Part shown: positions 59,713-64,000 of the stretch, piece by piece | How the letters are laid out: each line of letters opens with the position of its first letter | How positions within the stretch are numbered: the first letter of the stretch is position 1 | Assembly: GCA_040776945.1 (NCBI GenBank) | Contig: JAXGZN010000001.1 | Span: 864,001 to 928,000 of the forward strand | DNA from: Methanomassiliicoccaceae archaeon | GTDB taxonomy: Archaea > Thermoplasmatota > Thermoplasmata > Methanomassiliicoccales > Methanomassiliicoccaceae | Direction of reading: 5' to 3' | DNA: 64,000 nucleotides | The notes under the pieces: model-generated | The model's database searches: none | Told to the model about the DNA's origin: nothing | The model's input: the letters and a program-made list of their open reading frames with translations, nothing else | Position numbers and translations under genes: made by a program

Positions 59713-62700
59713 ATGGGACGCCGCGCCTCAGTTGCCCGATTCCTAGCTCGCGTGGGGGGTACAGACCGGCGTTGGCATCTCCGAATCCTGCTGCTGCTTT
59801 CCGTTCTCACGGCGGTCGTGTTCATAGGTTACATCAACGGCCCGCTACCCACGGGCACCGACTCCGAAGGGCTGGTGATGACCGCGGAGATGGGGCTCAG
59901 GACCGGAGGGCTTTTTTCCAGCTGGGAGCCTTACTCGGCGATGGGCTTCCAGAACGATCCGCTCCCTTTGCCCGGTGCCATTTTCCTGGTATTTTCATGG
60001 CTTGGTGTACCGACCTACGACGTGTGCAAGCTGATAATGGCCTGCTCGTTCTGGCTGGCGGGGGCCTTAATGTACATATGTGCACACAGGATCTCCAAGA
60101 GCGTTCTGGGTGGCGCCTGTGCAGCGATCGTGTTCGCCTTCAACCAGGTGTTCCTCTCGCAGATCATGGAAGGTCATTACTTCTTTGCGATAGGGTATGC
60201 CCTTCTGCCAGCAATATTTCTACTGATGTACCTGTCCGTGGTAGAAGGGAACGAGCGTGCGACGGTCTTGCTGCCGGCGGCCTTCCTCGTCTACGGCGGG
60301 AGCGTCGCTCCCCACATGGTGCTGATACTCGCCATGTTCGTGATGGTCTTTACAGGGCTTTACTTCGCCTTGGACAGGAGGGCGCTGCACCGCCTCGCAT
60401 ATCCTGTCATCGGCCTCATCATCCTGGTCCTCCCCTCTGCCCTGGCCCGGTTCTCATACGGAACGAGCATCTACAACGCCTCCTATCGCCTGAGCGAGAC
60501 CCATATCTGGAGCAATACTGGCCTAGTGAACGCTCTGGCCGCCCGATCGACCGAGAACTCGCACCTCCGAGGAGCAGCGGTCCAAGGCTGGTTCCCTGTG
60601 GAGGGCCTAGGATATGCCATGGAGATCCTGGCCCTGCTCATCCCTCTACTTGCTTTTATTTCGCTTTACTATAAGAGCGACAGGTCCTTGAAGATCGCTC
60701 TCGCCGGGACAGCGCTGGTCATGCTGTTCTTTGCCATGGGGCCGAACCAATGGTTGTCGGGCCTGTTCGTATGGATGTTCAGGAACCTGCCCCTGTTGGA
60801 CAGCATCAGGGTATTCTCCAGGTTCGGCATGTTCCTGGGTCTCATCTACGCGATCTTGATGGCCATGCTGATCGCGGACCTAAAAGGCCGGTCCGTCGCC
60901 TTCCGCATACCGCGATGTCTGAAGATGAGCATCGGCAGGGCGGACAAGGCTGTCGCCATAGCCTCCATGGCGGTCATGCTGACCGCCTCATCAACGATGT
61001 TCGTCCAGGGCCCCAGCTCGTTCTCGTTGCCTGCATCGTACTCGGAGCCGTTCGAGGCAATATCGGCCATCGAAGGAGACTACCGCATACTGACCCTGCC
61101 ATACGGCACGGTGTACTATGAGGCCTGGTACCCCAGACTGGACGGGTACCCTGCCACCTTGACCGACGACCCAGGGACCTACAGCCAGTACTATACTGGA
61201 AAGGAGCTCGCCTACGGCGACCATGCCGAAGAGTACTGGACCGTATGGGGTTCCGCGATCTCCGGCAGGACCTATGGGTATCGGACTCTGCCATCCATCT
61301 TCGGCGACGTCTCCAGCGTCAAGTACGTGGTGAAGCAGGTCCACGCCGATGCGACAACCGCAGAGAGGTTCCACAACATGGATGGCATGCACGTCTACCA
61401 GGAGTTCCCGAAAAATTCCTCAATTCTCGAGAACGTCCATTATATGGACCGGGTTCACACGGCGGGGGCCCTCGTCCTGACCACGGGCGGCAGAGCAGAT
61501 ATGTTGACCTCTCTAGCAGTGGGTGCGGTGAACTTAAGGAGCGAGGATCTCGCATTGCTCGGCCAGATTGACGACGAGGCCACCAGACAATCTCTGTGGT
61601 CCGCTGCGAGCAGGGTGATAGTCCATGGGGGCGACCTGCTCGCGCTTCTTGCCGAAAATGGCCTCTGGGGCCCCGATCAACTGATAAGAGTGGATAAGTT
61701 CGCCGACCATACCTATGACGACAGCGACATGCACTGGATATCCTCTGACATGTGCATATTGAGCGGCACCGCGCTGCACCCCAGCGCGTTCACCCAGGGC
61801 GAAAACGAGCTCCGAGTGCCGTTTGACGTGACCGGCGGAACCTATGACGTCTATGTTCGGGCGAGGGCCGGGCCCGGCTCTGGCAACCTGACGGTGGCCG
61901 TCGAAGGCAACGAACCGATGCATGTGGATACCGACTCCCCGTTTCCAATGGAGAGGTGGTCCAAGGTTGGCACCTATGGCCTCGATGCTCCAAGAGCTAG
62001 CATCCTTCTCTCGAACGATGGCACCGGGTGGAGCAGCGTGGACGATATCCTGGTGGTCGAGAAGGGAGAGGTAGAGAGGAAGATATCTGAACTGTCCAGC
62101 ACCCTGTCGGCCAAATCGATCGCCCTCATCTATGGGCCAAAGGACCTTGCCCCATCATCCTATTGGGAGATATTGGAGGGCAAGGAGGGGAACGGATTGT
62201 TCTATAGCTCATCCTCCCCGGACCCTCATATAATCTTGAACCCCACCATCCCGGTGGGGGGCAACTGGACCATCACCCTGAGGCAGATCGAAGGCATGAC
62301 CTCCGCTGGCAATCCTTATATCGTGATCGATGGGGAGGAGATCGACGGCATTGATACGGGGAACGGCACGTTCGCCTTCAAGGCCATGATGGCCGAGGGC
62401 CCCAGATCGATAGAGGTCCATACGAGAAGCGCCTACTCGTTAGTGCTCGAAGGCTCCCATGAAGTGAACTATGGCGCATCATCAGATGTCCATGCGTCTT
62501 ACGTAAGGACCAGTCCCTGGCAGTACATAGTGATCGTGAACGCGAGCGAACCGACATTCCTGAAACTGTCCGAGAACTTCAACCCAAACTGGATGGTGCA
62601 TGGCGGAGATGGCAAGGTCTTCCACTACCGCTCTTCATCTCAGATCAATGGGTTCTATATCAGCGAGGCGGGCAACTACACGTTAACAATAACCTTCGAA

Positions 62701-62823
62701 TGGCAAGAGAGATATCAGATAAACCAACTGACGCACCTCGGGGCAACGGCCGGGGCGACGATCGCATTGGCTCTCTTTGTCCTACGGGGCCGCCGGAAGA
62801 GAGCAACGGGAGCACAGCAATAA
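59713..62823 (+). CDS. Giant GT-C/YfhO/AftD-like membrane glycosyltransferase (1036 aa), paralog
   Basis: GTDSE loop, EGH, IRVFSRF, DYRILTLP, VKYVV, GTYDVYVR CBM-like domain, SENFNPNW...NGF...ITF and a final TM. Confidence 0.75.
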   Translation: MGRRASVARFLARVGGTDRRWHLRILLLLSVLTAVVFIGYINGPLPTGTDSEGLVMTAEMGLRTGGLFSSWEPYSAMGFQNDPLPLPGAIFLVFSWLGVPTYDVCKLIMACSFWLAGALMYICAHRISKSVLGGACAAIVFAFNQVFLSQIMEGHYFFAIGYALLPAIFLLMYLSVVEGNERATVLLPAAFLVYGGSVAPHMVLILAMFVMVFTGLYFALDRRALHRLAYPVIGLIILVLPSALARFSYGTSIYNASYRLSETHIWSNTGLVNALAARSTENSHLRGAAVQGWFPVEGLGYAMEILALLIPLLAFISLYYKSDRSLKIALAGTALVMLFFAMGPNQWLSGLFVWMFRNLPLLDSIRVFSRFGMFLGLIYAILMAMLIADLKGRSVAFRIPRCLKMSIGRADKAVAIASMAVMLTASSTMFVQGPSSFSLPASYSEPFEAISAIEGDYRILTLPYGTVYYEAWYPRLDGYPATLTDDPGTYSQYYTGKELAYGDHAEEYWTVWGSAISGRTYGYRTLPSIFGDVSSVKYVVKQVHADATTAERFHNMDGMHVYQEFPKNSSILENVHYMDRVHTAGALVLTTGGRADMLTSLAVGAVNLRSEDLALLGQIDDEATRQSLWSAASRVIVHGGDLLALLAENGLWGPDQLIRVDKFADHTYDDSDMHWISSDMCILSGTALHPSAFTQGENELRVPFDVTGGTYDVYVRARAGPGSGNLTVAVEGNEPMHVDTDSPFPMERWSKVGTYGLDAPRASILLSNDGTGWSSVDDILVVEKGEVERKISELSSTLSAKSIALIYGPKDLAPSSYWEILEGKEGNGLFYSSSSPDPHIILNPTIPVGGNWTITLRQIEGMTSAGNPYIVIDGEEIDGIDTGNGTFAFKAMMAEGPRSIEVHTRSAYSLVLEGSHEVNYGASSDVHASYVRTSPWQYIVIVNASEPTFLKLSENFNPNWMVHGGDGKVFHYRSSSQINGFYISEAGNYTLTITFEWQERYQINQLTHLGATAGATIALALFVLRGRRKRATGAQQ

Positions 62824-62846
62824 TATGTAGGTGCACGGAGCTGACA

Positions 62847-63737
62847 ATGAGGATGCCTGCCGTATCGATCGGGGTGTGCGCCTACAACGAGATGAGGAAC
62901 ATCACCAGATGCCTGGGCTCGATAGTCCCGCAAAAGCTTCATGGTTATGAGCTTGCAGAGGTCATCGTGGTGTCCAGCGGCAGCACCGATGGTACCGATG
63001 CGGTCGTGAGAGACTATGCCGAGAGCGAGCCCCTTGTCCGCCTGGTCCCGCAGCCCAGGCGCGAGGGCAAGAACTCCGCAGTGAACCTCTTCATGTCACA
63101 GGCAGTAGGGGACATCCTGGTCCTGGTGAACGCTGACAACGTGCTCGCCGAGGGCGCGCTGCAGAAGCTCCTTGAACCGTTCAACGATCCCCAGGTCGGG
63201 ATCGTCGGGGGACGCCCTGTGCCGGTGAACCCCCGGGATACCGTCCCGGGGTTCGCGGTGAACATGCTGTGGGACATGCACCACCGCCTCTCGCTACTCC
63301 ACCCCAAAATAGGCGAGCTCATCGCCTTCCGCAACATACGCGTGCAGCTCCCCACCGACCTGCAGTCGGACGAGGACATCATCCGGATGGAGGTGGAGAA
63401 GCTTGGCCTCCGTTCTGCGTATTCGCCCGAGGCCATCGTCCAGAACAAGGGGCCGGCGACGGTCAAGGACTTCATCAAGCAGCGCACCAGGGTAAACATA
63501 GGCGAGGGATATATGCACAGGAAGTTCAGCTACGACATCCCGACCCAAGACCTCCGGCTCCTGTTCCCAGCACTGCTTGACCTCCTCAAGGACGGCGCCT
63601 CCTCGCCCCACCTGATGGCCGCCGCGGTTCTCATGGAGGCCTTTTGCCGCGCCTATGCAAGGCTGTACGTCGCTCTGGACAAGGGGGACAAGATGATGTG
63701 GAGCCCCGTCGACTCGACGAAGAACCTGAGCAATTGA
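62847..63737 (+). CDS. GT2 glycosyltransferase (processive-like, QRxR motif)
   Basis: CAYNE, SGSTDGT, REGK, NAD, DED, KQRTR. Confidence 0.88.
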   Translation: MRMPAVSIGVCAYNEMRNITRCLGSIVPQKLHGYELAEVIVVSSGSTDGTDAVVRDYAESEPLVRLVPQPRREGKNSAVNLFMSQAVGDILVLVNADNVLAEGALQKLLEPFNDPQVGIVGGRPVPVNPRDTVPGFAVNMLWDMHHRLSLLHPKIGELIAFRNIRVQLPTDLQSDEDIIRMEVEKLGLRSAYSPEAIVQNKGPATVKDFIKQRTRVNIGEGYMHRKFSYDIPTQDLRLLFPALLDLLKDGASSPHLMAAAVLMEAFCRAYARLYVALDKGDKMMWSPVDSTKNLSN

Positions 63738-63754
63738 TCCTCAGGAACTTTAGG

Positions 63755-64000
63755 TCAATCCTCTCCCAGGACCGCCCGCACCGCCTTGTTGAAGTCCACG
63801 TCCTCTGTGACCTGGATGCACTTGCATCCCGCCTTCCTGCCCATCGCCACGTCGTTCTCACTGTCGCCTATGACGTACGATGACCGAAGGTCGATCCCAA
63901 GGTCGCGGACGGCCCTCTCCAGCATTCCCGTGGCAGGCTTGCGGCACCCGCAGCCCTCATCCGGCCTGTGCGGGCAGAAATATATCGCGTCCAACCTCGC
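63755..64000 (-). CDS. HAD-IIIA phosphatase (GmhB/histidinol-phosphatase family), 5' end outside the window
   Basis: YFCPHRPDEGCGCRKP, SYVIGDSENDV..G..AG. Confidence 0.88.
   Translation of the reverse strand, partial: ARLDAIYFCPHRPDEGCGCRKPATGMLERAVRDLGIDLRSSYVIGDSENDVAMGRKAGCKCIQVTEDVDFNKAVRAVLGED

Noticed and set aside
1-64000. CRISPR arrays, IS elements, prophage or defence genes
   Set aside because: No regularly spaced repeats, transposase or integrase motifs, or recognisable defence domains were found by eye.

Overview
GC-rich archaeal chromosomal segment. The gene content (Trm56 plus an HD domain, Elp3, CDC48/VAT, two PRC-barrel proteins, BHB-intron tRNAs, archaeal ArsR and COG3388-type regulators) points to Thermoplasmata, most likely a Methanomassiliicoccus-like lineage; this is an inference from content, not a database result. 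About 62 CDS and 2 intron-containing tRNAs are supported. The first ~24 kb is accessory: surface proteins, transporters, an alkA-DUF488 cassette, a bacterial-type RibA fusion, msrA and lemA. The middle (~24-43 kb) is mostly core. The last ~20 kb is a cell-surface glycosylation island with three paralogous >1000-aa GT-C/YfhO/AftD-like membrane proteins. The most unusual observations are: an unannotated ~180-nt rod-like structured RNA candidate (24520-24700, minus strand), the giant GT-C triplet, a circularly permuted NitT/TauT substrate-binding protein, a thioredoxin reductase lacking the NADPH motif, a GT4 gene that appears to start at ATC, and a Rieske protein missing one His ligand. No CRISPR array, transposase, integrase or rRNA was recognised.
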